DNA from: Octopus bimaculoides
Lineage: Eukaryota
Direction: 5' to 3'
Length of the DNA stretch: 64,000 nucleotides
Assembly (NCBI RefSeq): GCF_001194135.2
Contig: NC_068983.1
Coordinates: 134,195,525-134,259,524 of the forward strand
Position numbers and translations under genes: made by a program. The notes beneath the pieces are model-generated. The model saw nothing but the letters and a program-made list of their open reading frames with translations, did not search any database and was not told the DNA's origin. This document shows positions 13,934 through 26,855 of the stretch, one piece after another (positions within the stretch are counted from its first letter, which is position 1; the number at the start of each line of letters is the position of its first letter).

Positions 13934-14492
13934 ACAGACAGACAGATTGACAGATATTTGTTCGTATTTATCTCTGTATCTGCCCAATTATTTATATGCC
14001 TATGTGGCTATTTATCTGTCCTCATTAATATGTAACACACACCCAACAAACACAGCCATCACACGAACACATACACACCCTCACACACGCACATACACGT
14101 ATACAAGTACACATATGTATACATTGTGAGACAAAGCCATGTGAAAAAGGTCATATTATATACCCGTTAACCTCTTTTAGTGCACTTAGTCAACGTGAAA
14201 AATGCAAATTTCTATGATTATCAGAAAGCATAGGTAAATTTTTACTTTCTCTCGCCTACTTTTAGCTGAGACATAACACATTTATATAATATACCTGTCG
14301 TTAATCAGCTTATTCGTAGCTGTGGCTGTTTGTCTATCTAACTGTATAGCTATCAATATATCTACTTAGCTGTCGATCCCAATCTATCTAAGAAGCCACT
14401 TGTCTATCTAATTTCACTGCTCTGTATATCTTCTAAATACTAATCTACTCTACCTCTAGCTTCTTTCTCTTTCTCTCTCTCTCTTTCTCTCA

Positions 14493-14547
<55 letters not shown>

Positions 14548-15372
14548 TCTCTCTCTNNNNNNNNNNNNNNNNNNNNNNNNNNNNNNNNNNNNNNNNNNNN
14601 NNNNNNNNNNNNNNNNNNNNNNNNNNNNNNNNNNNNNNNNNNNNNNNNNNNNNNNNNNNNNNNNNNNNNNNNNNNNNNNNNNNNNNNNNNNNNNNNNNNN
14701 NNNNNNNNNNNNNNNNNNNNNNNNNNNNNNNNNNNNNNNNNNNNNNNNNNNNNNNNNNNNNNNNNNNNNNNNNNNNNNNNNNNNNNNNNNNNNNNNNNNN
14801 NNNNNNNNNNNNNNNNNNNNNNNNNNNNNNNNNNNNNNNNNNNNNNNNNNNNNNNNNNNNNNNNNNNNNNNNNNNNNNNNNNNNNNNNNNNNNNNNNNNN
14901 NNNNNNNNNNNNNNNNNNNNNNNNNNNNNNNNNNNNNNNNNNNNNNNNNNNNNNNNNNNNNNNNNNNNNNNNNNNNNNNNNNNNNNNNNNNNNNNNNNNN
15001 NNNNNNNNNNNNNNNNNNNNNNNNNNNNNNNNNNNNNNNNNNNNNNNNNNNNNNNNNNNNNNNNNNNNNNNNNNNNNNNNNNNNNNNNNNNNNNNNNNNN
15101 NNNNNNNNNNNNNNNNNNNNNNNNNNNNNNNNNNNNNNNNNNNNNNNNNNNNNNNNNNNNNNNNNNNNNNNNNNNNNNNNNNNNNNNNNNNNNNNNNNNN
15201 NNNNNNNNNNNNNNNNNNNNNNNNNNNNNNNNNNNNNNNNNNNNNNNNNNNNNNNNNNNNNNNNNNNNNNNNNNNNNNNNNNNNNNNNNNNNNNNNNNNN
15301 NNNNNNNNNNNNNNNNNNNNNNNNNNNNNNNNNNNNNNNNNNNNNNNNNNNNNNNNNNNNNNNNNNNNNNNN

Positions 15373-15436
<64 letters not shown>

Positions 15437-15611
15437 TTAGGGAAAAGAACCAAGGTTCATGAACTCATCAATGAAAATCCACTGTAACATATAGAAAAAT
15501 TAATAATTAAAAGCACAATAAATGAGTATAATATAATACAAAGTAAATATCATAAGATAAAGATAATAAAATGACTACACGTGTTTCATAAATGAAACAC
15601 GTGTAGTCATT

Positions 15612-15876
15612 TTGAAAGAAGCCCGTTGTTGTATATGTGTGTGCCTGTCTGTGTGTCTTTGTGTCTATGTTTGTGCCCCACTCATCACCGCTTGACAACC
15701 AATGTTGATGCGTCTGCGTCCCCTTAACTTACCGATTTGGCAAAAGAAGAGATCGATGAATAAGTACTAAGCTTTAAAAAATAAGCACTGGGAGCGATTT
15801 GCTCGTTTAAAATCCTTCAAGGTGGTGCTCCAGCATGGCCGCAGTCAAATGACTGAAAGAAGAAAAACAATAAAAG
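15612..15876 (+). mobile_element. SINE family B (internal (TG)n; tail GGTGCTCCAGCATGGCCGCAGTCAAATGACTGAAA), 5'-truncated
   Basis: Shares blocks with the copies at 22497, 40710 and 44888/46374. Confidence 0.75.
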
Positions 15877-16185
15877 AAGAAGAAATTTTTTTTATTCTTG
15901 AGAGTTTCTCCATTTGGCATTAGGTATCGATTGCAGTTGCCACGAGGCCTTTGTTAAATTTTCTCTTCAAAGTAAAATAATTTTAACTACTCTAGAATTT
16001 ATCTTCTGCGGTATTTAATATACCTTTATTCGTCTTTCAAACTCTGTTTTCACTTAGTTAAGGTGCAAGTTCGCTCAGAATAGTGTCTCTAAAAGACTAA
16101 TACTCGCTTAAAGATTTATAATCAGCTCTGAAAGCTAATGAACATTTTTCAATGATACAGTCCAATTACTCTTATAGTGCTGAGT

Positions 16186-16343
16186 CAGTGCCGTCTTAAA
16201 ATATGGTTACACGGGTTGCTGCTCGAGGAGGCACACGTGCTTAGGGGACCCAATACTAATTTAAGCATGCTATGGTTGTGTGTGCAAAAGCTTCAGCGCA
16301 TTGCTTTGCCCGGGGGCCTATAATGCTGTTTAAAATGTCCTTC
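16186..16343. mobile_element. Possible degenerate MITE
   Basis: Left end CAGTGCCGTCTTAA with a weakly complementary right end TTAAAATGTCCTTC. GC-rich interior. No clear TSD. Confidence 0.3.
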
Positions 16344-16855
16344 GGAGTGAACATAATGTAATTGAATAGTACTCTATTCTAAAATAAATGAGCTGAAGAG
16401 AAAAATAGAAAGAAAAGGGAAAAAAAGAGCGATGAGGTCTTTGGGTTGCTTGATACTTTGAAAACTGAGACAATTCCTACCAGACTGTGACACCTGAATC
16501 TCGTACTTTTAATTGTAATTTTACTCAACTTAACTCCAAGCGACCTATTCCATCTCTGTGTTGTTTATACATGGATCTTGTAAATTCAAATATACGAAGA
16601 GAAATAAAACTGAGTTGTGATCTTAGTCTATCGTAAATTAACATTTTTCAAAAGGAATAGTTTCTTCTTTTTTCTTTTTTTTTTCTTCTGCATTTCTTTG
16701 TTGGTAGTTTCTTCTCTTTGTCGTTTTTTTTTTGTTTTTTTTTAAATTCAGAACACGTAATTTGTTGTAATCCTTTACCTGAAATCACTACATGACGCTT
16801 GCAAATACCATCTGCGATTCGACAGAATAAGATGCTACTTTGTTTAAATGATTGT

Positions 16856-16913
<58 letters not shown>

Positions 16914-17410
16914 TTGTTTGATTTTTATTATTTTCTGTAGGTCCGTTTGTAGTGGCGGTACAGTCTCTGTAATAGGACTCCTTTTCCTGTAACTTGTTAT
17001 AAATTTATATGATGATCCACCGTCCGAATACAACGATGTCTTTATACATAAATTTAATTTCAAAATTTTCCACTTCTTTAGTTTAGATACTAACCTTCGT
17101 AAATATGCTTGAAATTAGAATTACAGATTTCTCATGATCGATTAAAGTAGATTTACGTTTGTTAGTACACAGTTACAACATTTGCATATTACATTAATAT
17201 TCTTCCGCGTAAGCCTCTTGAAATAACTTTCCCAATCTTTGTTATTATGTCGCTGTCATTAATATTCCGGTTTCTCATTACGAGGACATGCTAAAAAGAT
17301 TAGGCAAAAGTTTACCTTTTGGAGGACTCAACCACTACTATATCTAAAGACATCTCTGTTTCTTTTATTTGTTTACCTAATTAAAACACGAAATTCACTT
17401 ACTCCAGTTA

Positions 17411-17538
17411 GAAGAAGAAGAAGAAGAAGAAGAAGAAGAAGAAGAAGAAGAAGAAGAAGAAGAAGAAGAAGAAGAAGAAGAAGAAGAAGAAGAAGAAGAA
17501 GAAGAAGAAAAAGAAGAAGAAGAAGAAGAAGAAGAAGT
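17411..17538. repeat. (GAA)n microsatellite, about 42 units
   Basis: Read directly from the sequence. Confidence 0.95.
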
Positions 17539-18447
17539 GTCCATAAATCTCTTCCTTGCTTTTGTTCTCGAGTCACAAGATGTTTAGGTCTCTCACCTTC
17601 TCACCTACTTACCATAATGGCAATCTTTTAGTATTTTTACTACTGAAAGCTATACATTTTAAGGAATGAGTATAGTTACTTAATCGACACGAGTTAATGA
17701 CTGGTATTTTATTTGATATACCCCGAAAGAATGAAAGGCAATTCGTCTTAATGAACTTGGGATGTAACGACATGTAACTAAATATTGATTTCTAGCATAA
17801 GCACACTGCCAAAATTTGAATATAGCAGGCTCTAGACGATCACATTGATACTGCTTCATGAATGAGACTCAGAACGTAAAACTAAAGGCTGTCGGTTGCT
17901 ATTTACAGTACTCTACCAGTTATACCTCCACCGCGCTTTCTTTGCCATTAACACAGTTTTGTTTTTTTGTTTTTTTTAACAAAGCAAACATTGAGACATC
18001 GTCCATTAAATCAACACTCGGTGAAATACTGGGATTTACTTAATCGATGGAGTAGAGGTCAAAGTAAAATTCTACCTGCCAAGTCGAGATTTGAACTTAG
18101 AATTGATAAGGTGGGAGTGAAATACTTTACTACGTTTAGTTTAACACTATACCATTTCTGCCCTTCTTACCCTTAAAAATGGTATTAGATTATTTCCTAT
18201 TGTCCCTCATCCCTCAGGTAAAAGAAATCTTTAGATCTTATCCTGAAAAAAAAAAAAGTGATTGTCATCGCGGTAATCAATCATGTCTTGAAATATGTAC
18301 GCAGTGTAATAAACAGGGAGTTGGGTTGCACGTTAAATACTATTGCCGGAGGAATGTTCGTGCAACAAATTAAAAGAATATTTTAATTCTTCTATAGTTT
18401 CTTCTGTAGCTTTTTCGATATAATATTTTAATAATAGTAATGATAAC

Positions 18448-18673
18448 AATAATAATAATCCTTTCTAATAAAGACGGAAGGCCTGGATTTTGTGGGGAGA
18501 GGGATAGTCGATCACATCGACCCCAGTACTCAACTAGCACTTAATTTATCGACCCCGAAAGGATAAAAGGCAAAGTCGACCTCAACGGAATTTGAACTCA
18601 GAACGTAGCGGTAGACGAAATACCGCTAAGCATTTCGCCCGGCGTGTTAACTATTCTGCCTGCTCGCCGCCTT
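18448..18673 (-). mobile_element. SINE family A, full length, embedded in (TAA)n
   Basis: Reverse complement of the AAGGCGGCGAGC..GGCAGAA head, GAGTTCAAATTCC B-box-like motif, core and AGAAAGGATTATT tail. TAA repeats on both sides. Confidence 0.9.
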
Positions 18674-18841
18674 AATAATAATAATAATAATAATAGTAAT
18701 AATAATAATAATAATAATAATGATGATGATGATGATGATGATGATAATAATAATAATGGGTGGTGTATGACAGTTGGTTAGCTCTTGGTTAAATTTCGTT
18801 TCTTTATTGCTTAGTTTTGTGGCCAAGTTTCAGTACACTAG

Positions 18842-19117
18842 GGTAAAGGGTAAAGAGCCCCTTCGGTCACGAATGACCATGGGATTGCACGTAGAAAGTT
18901 CCTCTCCGAGGCACAAGTCCGGGCAAGTTTGTTTATGAAAGACCAGCAGTCGCTCATGCATGCCAGTCTCCGCTCTCCACGCCACCGACAATATCCAAGG
19001 GAAAGGCAAAGGCCGAGACAGCTTGACACCAGTGACGTCACAACTCATTTCTACAGCTGAGTTAACTGGGGCAACGTGAAGTAAAGTGTCTTGCTCAAGA
19101 GCACAACACACAGCCCG
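18842..19117 (-). mobile_element. SINE family C, 5'-truncated
   Basis: Minus strand reads TTGAGCAAGACACTTTACTTCACGTTGCCCCAGTTAACTCAGCTGTAGAAATGAG, resembling the central domains of V/CORE-type SINEs, and ends in CCCTTTACCC repeats. Confidence 0.65.
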
Positions 19118-21344
19118 TGGCCAGTGAATAGTTAATTTCGGATGAATGAAGTCCGTGTACTCTGCATGGCTTCTCATCCCGATCAATTTTCATGAATTGA
19201 TATTGTTAATACTTCAGGAAAGGAATCAGCTTCACAATAAACTTCTCATCTGCCTCTAAAGTACGAAGCTATTTTTAGTCAAACAAAACTAACTATTGAC
19301 TAAATTGCGAAACAAGGCTCTAAATAGTATTTAAGTTTGTTTTGGTAAGTTCTGAATTTATTGCCATTTATTTCTCTCCAGACCGATAGAATAAGTATCT
19401 ATATTATACTAAAGATGATTCGATTGACTGTATCCTTTCCCCTGCAAGAGGTAGAGGTAGTGAGCAGAACAAAGCCAGACGTATTTCAGTAACTAGAATT
19501 CGAAACACAAATTCAAATTTCCACTGAAACCAATCCACTTCTTTGCGCCTCTGATATTATACAAAGGTACGAATATTACACAATATCAGTCTCCTCTGTC
19601 AAAAGTTTGTAATGTTTTACCTTAGTACATTAGATCCAGTAAAAGCAGCGAGCGTTGTAAAACGGCCATTCATTAACAACTATATATATGAATATCGATT
19701 AAAAAACTTTTCAGTCGTATTAGCAACATATGAGATAACTACAAGTGGGATTTGAAATCAAAGCTGTGTACTCATCGTACTGGAAGCTTCGCTCCGCTCC
19801 ACGGTTCACACTAATGCAACTAATATAATAGAACTCTAAGTGAGAAAAGAATTTATAAACAGAAGTCAATGAAAATGAAAACATGACAAAAATTCTTATT
19901 GAATTTGGTTCATATCACTTAGCAAGTTTCAGTAACTAGGGATTTTGTTAGACATCAGAGAAAAACAGAGATAGCAATAGACGCAACACTCACACCGGTC
20001 TATTTTATTCGCCGCCCTTATGGCGACATATAGAAAAAAAAAGACGATTGTGGGTGTGAGTGAATCCTGGAGCATATTGAGTTGCAGAGTCGGCACTTGA
20101 TTTCGTTTTCATGTAGTTTATCTAGGGCAAATTTTCCATATGGAGCCGACACCTTATTAAATGGCACTCAAATGTCGTTTGGAACTTAACACTAAAAGCA
20201 AATGAATCACATGCCGATTACACAGTGGGGTATTTTTGCCTAGAGATTGCGCTATAACCGCCATCATACGTACAACGTGAGTGGTTCTTGAGTGTTTTTT
20301 AACGGAGCCCACTCTATTGCAAACCTTCGACCAGACCCTTTGTCGGGATAATTTCTTCCCTTCTTCCGACCAGACTCGGCAACTTGGAAATGGGTCATAA
20401 GCACTGCCGTTACACCTCTGTGTCACAGTAACATATTTACAGTTAGTGAAATACAATTCTGTAATGGACATGCTTTTCTGGGACATTAACAAAATACGAA
20501 TGAAGAGAATATAGTTTCAATCGAGAATCGAAGGAAGGTCGCAAAATTGACTCAACGTGAGCTGACCACTGCTACGTAATACTATTGATTAATATTCATT
20601 ACTACTGACCTGGTTTTATAATAGCTTGTGTTTACACGGTGCGAGATCCCATATTTTAAGAGGTAGGAAAATTAGATCTTGTAATAGTCACATCTTTCTT
20701 GCTAGGTTTAATTATATAACTGATGAGGAAACACCAATCAGGAATCGAAATAAGAGCACGAAAGTTTAACTTAACTCTGTTTCGTAATGCTCATTATTTT
20801 ATAGAGATACATTTGTGATGTTTAAGTCCACTAAAAACTCAGGATTTCCAGACTTTATTCGAAGTACTCGAAATAATACTGTCCATTATAATCGGAACAC
20901 CGAAACTTTCCGATTATCAAGCCGCTTCATAATCTAGCTTTTTACTTTATCAATTTTAAGCGTGCTGCAATATTAGTGATGTATTTTAATTAGGTACCAA
21001 GATAGTATTTTGGGCGATGTTTTAAAAAGCGAACAATTTTGGTGGAGGTTCTGATATAGACAGAAGTTGTCATTAACTATCGCTGGATCAGAGAGTATGC
21101 TCTGGCAATAATTCACATCACTTTGTGTGTGTACGTATGTATGTATGTATGTATGTATGTATATACAGAGACCATATCAGATTGTATATTTTAGGAGCAT
21201 TCGCAATCTACTAGAGGATAAAGACTACTGAACTACAATGATTTTATTGGCAGACACAGCATGAAATTGAAAACCTACAAAAGCTAAGACGGGGCAAAGA
21301 TTCCTGGTCCGGCACGAAGGAACGCTTGAAGAATGTGCGTGCGC

Positions 21345-21388
<44 letters not shown>

Positions 21389-21393
21389 ATGCA

Positions 21394-21430
<37 letters not shown>

Positions 21431-22496
21431 GCAAAAGTTTACTTCCTAGTCACGTGGTCAAACGTTCTATCACACTGCTTAACATTCTGAGCATGTGCCA
21501 TTTTCTATGACCTCAAAGTTATTTGAGTAAAACTGGTTGACAGAAACTATTTGGAAGCCCATTGGACTGTGTTTTCCCCTTTAAATCAAAGGTCTAACCT
21601 TGCTGTGCAATGTGCCACGCTGATTCTGCCGGAGAATTCTGCTATGAATACACGTGTATGCGCACACACATGAATATACTTTGTCACATAGTGACAAGGT
21701 CACAAACACACAAGCACACACGCGCGCGCGCGCGCGCGCGCACACACTATATAAAAACATGTGTTTGATACTCCCAGTGACACATAATTAATCAGAGATG
21801 CGAGTTGTTGTTGTAGCTGTTATCCTGTATTGTTAGAGCCAGGCTGGGTATCTGTCATAGATTGATATCTGACTTTGTAGTTTGCACTCGATTATTCGTG
21901 TCTTCAACAGTCATTATTTACGCAACCAACTATCTATCAAGACCCATCAAACTGCCATGACATTAAATAATTATAATAGAGAGCGTCTCTCCAATTGTAT
22001 GTGAACGTTTTTATGATGTAAGAAAAGAAACTCTTGATGTATCTCTCAAATCATAAATAACAATAGTTATTAAGAACCAAGCGTTTTAGCGGTGGGATAT
22101 GATCACTTAAATCGACTCCACTATTTGGCAGGTATTTACTGACCATGAAATAATAAAAGGCGAAGACGTTATTTAGTGAGATTTGAACACAGAAATGCTG
22201 GTACAAACTGGAAGTTGCAAATGATACAATATCTAGACACGAAAAGAAGAAAGCAACAATTCAAACAACGTTGTCAGACACACATTTTTATCCCTAAAGA
22301 GATCAAAGTGAAGATGATATACAGAGCGTCTATATTATAATTTACTTTCACAAATTAAACAAAATTGTTGCAATGCATGAAAAAAGCAAAGTAATAATTT
22401 ATGGTGATACAACGAGAAGTACATAATTATCTATTATCTAAAAACATCTGATATTAAAGGCAATAGATATACTTATATTTAAATCTTAACACTATA

Positions 22497-22860
22497 AGCG
22501 CAGGCGCGGCTGTGTAGCAAGAGGTTTGCTTCCCAACTATCCTGGCATCCTGGGCAATTGCTTTCTACTATAGCCCCGAGCCGACCAAAACCTTGTAAGT
22601 GGATCTGATAGGTAGAAAGAGAGGGAAACCTATAGTTTATATGTATATACCTATGTGTATGTGTGTTTGCATTTATCCCACCACCACCTGCATTTGCTGC
22701 TTTGTTTACGTTCTCGTTACTTAGCGGTTGGACAAAAAGAGACCGATAGAATACGCACCCGGGTTAAAAACAGTAAGTACTGGGTCGTTATGTTCGACTA
22801 AACCCTTCAAAGAAGCGTCCCAGCATGAGACAGGCCAATGATTGAAGCAAGTAAAAGATC
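22497..22860 (+). mobile_element. SINE family B, near full length, diverged
   Basis: GCGCAGGCGCGGCTGTGTAG head, TGGGCAATTGCTTTCTACTATAGCCCCGAGCCGACC body, CCCAGCATG...GTAAAAG tail. Confidence 0.7.
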
Positions 22861-22984
22861 ATTTATAACAGAAATTTTTTAAAATAGCAATAATTTTTTT
22901 TTTAAATGTAAAGAAAGAAAAACCTAAAAAGATTGAATAAATATCATAGTGAAGAACAGAGGTTCCTCAAGCTTCATAGCTTTT

Positions 22985-23150
22985 AACGGGAAGTGAAACT
23001 AAAAGCCAGATAGTTGCTGCTTAAGACTAATGTTCTCAGCTGAATATGATCAGAAATACTTAAGAAAATCAAATATCAAACTTAGATGCCACGTGTGATC
23101 AATGTCATGAAACGATCAACTATATCCTAGGGTGACCACTTCTGAATAAT
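22985..23150 (+). mobile_element. Highly decayed second R4/Dong-like fragment
   Basis: Translates as LTGSETKSQIVAA*D* (compare ESLIVAAQDQ), RCHV*, and ETINYILG*PLL (compare ETVTHIVTECPKL) of the 6291-7531 element. Confidence 0.55.
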
Positions 23151-23314
23151 AAATCAGAATAATGGGAAATATACAAGGAAATGGATAGCCCAACGTCACG
23201 TGAACGATACAAGCAGACACTCGAGATTGTTGGTGAGCAAGCAAAGGAAACTGCAGTTATAATTTCTGATATTTTTGCTGAAATTATTTTTTTGTTTCAG
23301 CGCTTTATGAGTCT

Positions 23315-23440
23315 AAGTTCAAGTTCCACCACAGTCAACTTTGCCGTTCATCCTTTCGGACTCGATAAAATAAAGTACTAGTCAAATACAAGTATCGATT
23401 TAATCGACTGACCCTCCAACGGTAAATTTCAGGCCTAGTA
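23315..23440 (+). mobile_element. SINE family A, 5'-truncated and diverged
   Basis: GTCAACTTTGCCGTTCATCCTTTCGGACTCGATAAAATAAAGTACTAG core. Confidence 0.7.
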
Positions 23441-23554
23441 TGTTATGCTAAAATTTCCCTTCGATAGCGTTGCGTAAGCATTCGAGCATGTCCTGGAAAG
23501 CAGAATAATGTTGTTGTTGTTGTTCATCATCATCATGACGACCACAACCACGAC

Positions 23555-23595
<41 letters not shown>

Positions 23596-25317
23596 CGACG
23601 ACGACGATTATGATGATGATGATGACGACGACGATTTCTGTATTGGTCGCAAATATATATAGGGAATAGTACAAAATGTGATACAAAAATGGGAGCAAAA
23701 AGGAAAAGAAAAGAAGCAACAGATAACAAGAAGTTAAGGTCCCCAATGAAGGGCAGTTACCTAGGGTCATTCAAGGAACCCGAGGATTCAGGATTACACT
23801 GGCCACCTTGGGCATATGTCATCTCCCAGCCGGCATTTTTCACCCTAAATGTGCAAGCTGAGATTAAGCCCATTCAGTTCACCCTTGCCGTGTTTACCAC
23901 TGACATCGACCTTTCAATAGATTTCCTGGGGTGAGGGGATAGCAGCTCTCTTTCCACCTTCCATATTTCTCCACTCCATATTTCTCCAAATGAGGGTTTG
24001 GCCGTACAGCAATTTCTCTATTTTCAGTATTTTGTGTTGCGTTGTCGTTCAGTAGAATTAGGTGCCGGATATCATTAACATCCCCTTGTTTGCCTTCTTC
24101 CACAATAGCTTCCCTATCCCTTTCTCAGAGAACCGGAAATTCTCCTATTCTGCTGTCAAGCTGCAGTCCGAAAAAATATCGGCGAACGTGTGTGGTATAT
24201 ATTCACGAAGCTCATGTGGCAGAACATCCGAACCAAACTACTTGCACGTCGAGCGATGACTTATCGCCAGCTGTATTTCAGCTGCTGTTATCTGATTTTT
24301 TCAGTACTCCGCGTTTACAACAGGCTATCGAAGTCTGTTCGAGTTTAGTCTACTATCACTAGTCGACTGACCGGCCCAACTATTTTTCTCTATCGCATCT
24401 TTGCTAAACATTATTCATTCTTCTCTAATCGCAATCGTCCGAGTGTCTCGTTATTGACGATGCTCCATGTTAACTGCTGCCGAACTAAACTAGTTCGATT
24501 TCCTGTAGCCTGTGTCCGTATGTTTATGCCTTATCTGGGTCGACCGTACAGATCACAAATTTGTTGCCCGTGTTGCCGACCGATTTAAGTTCCAATTCCA
24601 TATCACAATCCAAATACTATTTACTCAATATAAAACACCGCTAAATGCTACAGTAAATCCACTCAATAGAATTTAGTATTTTGTTCCCCTGGTACAGCAA
24701 TTTCTGAAAAATAAGTAAACCCAACCTACATGAAAGGGCGGCAAGAAACATGATACAGAAGATCTACTGGCCGACTTTTCTTGATCTCAGGTAAAAATGA
24801 CTATTGTGGTTTTCAGGTGTGAGATCGTGGTGGTTGATGGTAGCTGTGATAGATGATAGTTACAGTGATTGCTGCTGCTGATACTGCTGCTGCTGCTGCT
24901 GCTGCTAATGCTGTTGATGATGATGTTGCTGCTGCTCTTGCTGCTGTTGTAATTATTGTTGTGGTGGTGGCGGCGGTGGTGGTGGTGGTGGTGGTGGCGG
25001 CGGCGGCGGTAATAAATGCGGACTAATATTTGCTGGTGATGAAATTGCTGTTGTTGATGTTGATGTTGATGTTGTATAGCCCCCAGGTGAGGTCTGACTG
25101 AGTAGACATCATAGAGACGGTAGTAATGGTGATAATCTTCCTGGCTTTCTGATCGCAATTATTGGTCAGAAGAGTTGCTGCAAGAAGCCAAGGTGGACTC
25201 ACGCTAATGATGATAGTGATGGAAATGAGGGTCGAATTTACAAACTCATTAGCCTTTGATTTTCATGTCATCACCACCCCAACCATCCATGTATGCATCA
25301 ATATATATATGTGTGTT

Positions 25318-25390
25318 AGGACGGCGAGCTGGCAGAATTGTTAGTACGCCGGGCGAAATGCTTAGCGGTATTTCGTCTGCCGTTACTCTA
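25318..25390 (+). mobile_element. SINE family A head only, cut off by the adjacent repeat
   Basis: GGACGGCGAGCTGGCAGAATTGTTAGTACGCCGGGCGAAATGCTTAGCGGTATTTCGTCTGCCGTTA. Confidence 0.8.
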
Positions 25391-25395
25391 TCCAC

Positions 25396-25814
25396 ATTAC
25401 GAGTTCAGTTTTATACCTGTAATTATTGAAGCCCTGGGATATGTAACACACTGCCTAAATACCAATTTTGAGAAATTAGACTTCTCAAAACTAGAAAGGA
25501 GAAAGCTAATTCAAAAACTACAGTTCCATCATTGGAACTGAAAAAATCTGTAAAACTTTCCAGAAGTTTGTCATTTAAATACATATGAGCATGTCTAGAT
25601 ATGTAACTATATGCATTAGAATACATATATAAAATATACAAATCTGCACATACGTACATACATACATACATACATACATACATACATACATACATACATG
25701 CAAACATACTTAGTTGTTGATGTTGAAATTCCAATGAAGGAACATTGCATTTAGGTTAGAAACCGGTTCTTTGTCTACTGGCAAGAAATCTTGAAATAAA
25801 CTGAATAATGACAT
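25396..25814. repeat. Unclassified interspersed repeat with internal (TACA)n; inverted relative to the copy at 60270-60736
   Basis: Colinear blocks such as CCTGTAATTATT...CTGGGATATGTAACACACTGCCT.AATACCAAT.TTGAGAAAT and CATGTCTAGATATG.AACTATATGCAT are shared with the reverse complement of 60270-60736. Confidence 0.85.
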
Positions 25815-26302
25815 ACATACATACATACATACGCGCGCACACACACATACATAGATACATACCTACATACATACATACATACACACATACATACATACAT
25901 ACATACATAAATACATACATACATAAAAACATGCATACATACATAATACATACATACATACATACATACATACATACATGAGCGCGCACACACACAAACA
26001 TACATACACACATACCGTTCACCAAAAGACCAGAATCAATAGGAAAAGGCTCTACGTACTCACTCGAGCTACAAGAAATAGCAACTAAATCTACCTCAAA
26101 TTACATCCAGCTTGCTTAAAAAAGACAGACTGAATAATGTATAGTCCAGGTACTCAGTTCCTGGGTGGGAGAACGAAACGGTTATAGGCCTGCTTGGTGA
26201 GAGCTGACGTGAGACAGCTAAGCAACAACTAGCACACATCTACCTACATCCGCATAACTACACGCGCACTCAGCCACTCATATTGTCACAGACACGCGTG
26301 CA

Positions 26303-26344
<42 letters not shown>

Positions 26345-26818
26345 ACAAGTACACTTCCCTTTACCTCCTGCCGTATGTCCTGCGCTTGAACTTTTCCAAT
26401 CCGATCTCCCATGGTCAAAGCATGAAGTCGGGTGGAGGAGGAGTATAACAGAAGACAACTTTTAACACATCGCGTTTTAAAAAAGTAGGCTAAGACCTGT
26501 GTCTGTGTCCCGGAAACGCAGAAAGGAAAGCAGGAGCAGTGTGGATTGACAAAAGGGGAACAAAGAGGACAAAGAGTGAAAAAGAAGCAAAGGCAGCAAA
26601 NNNNNNNNNNNNNNNNNNNNNNNNNNNNNNNNNNNNNNNNNNNNNNNNNNNNNNNNNNNNNNNNNNNNNNNNNNNNNNNNNNNNNNNNNNNNNNNNNNNN
26701 NNNNNNNNNNNNNNNNNNNNNNNNNNNNNNNNNNNNNNNNNNNNNNNNNNNNNNNNNNNNNNNNNNNNNNNNNNNNNNNNNNNNNNNNNNATATATATAT
26801 ATATATATGTATATATAG

Positions 26819-26855
<37 letters not shown>

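Noticed and set aside
24787-25158. His/Gln/Ser-rich minus-strand ORF
   Set aside because: It is a mosaic of (GCT)/(GGT)/(GAT) repeats with no splice or homology support.
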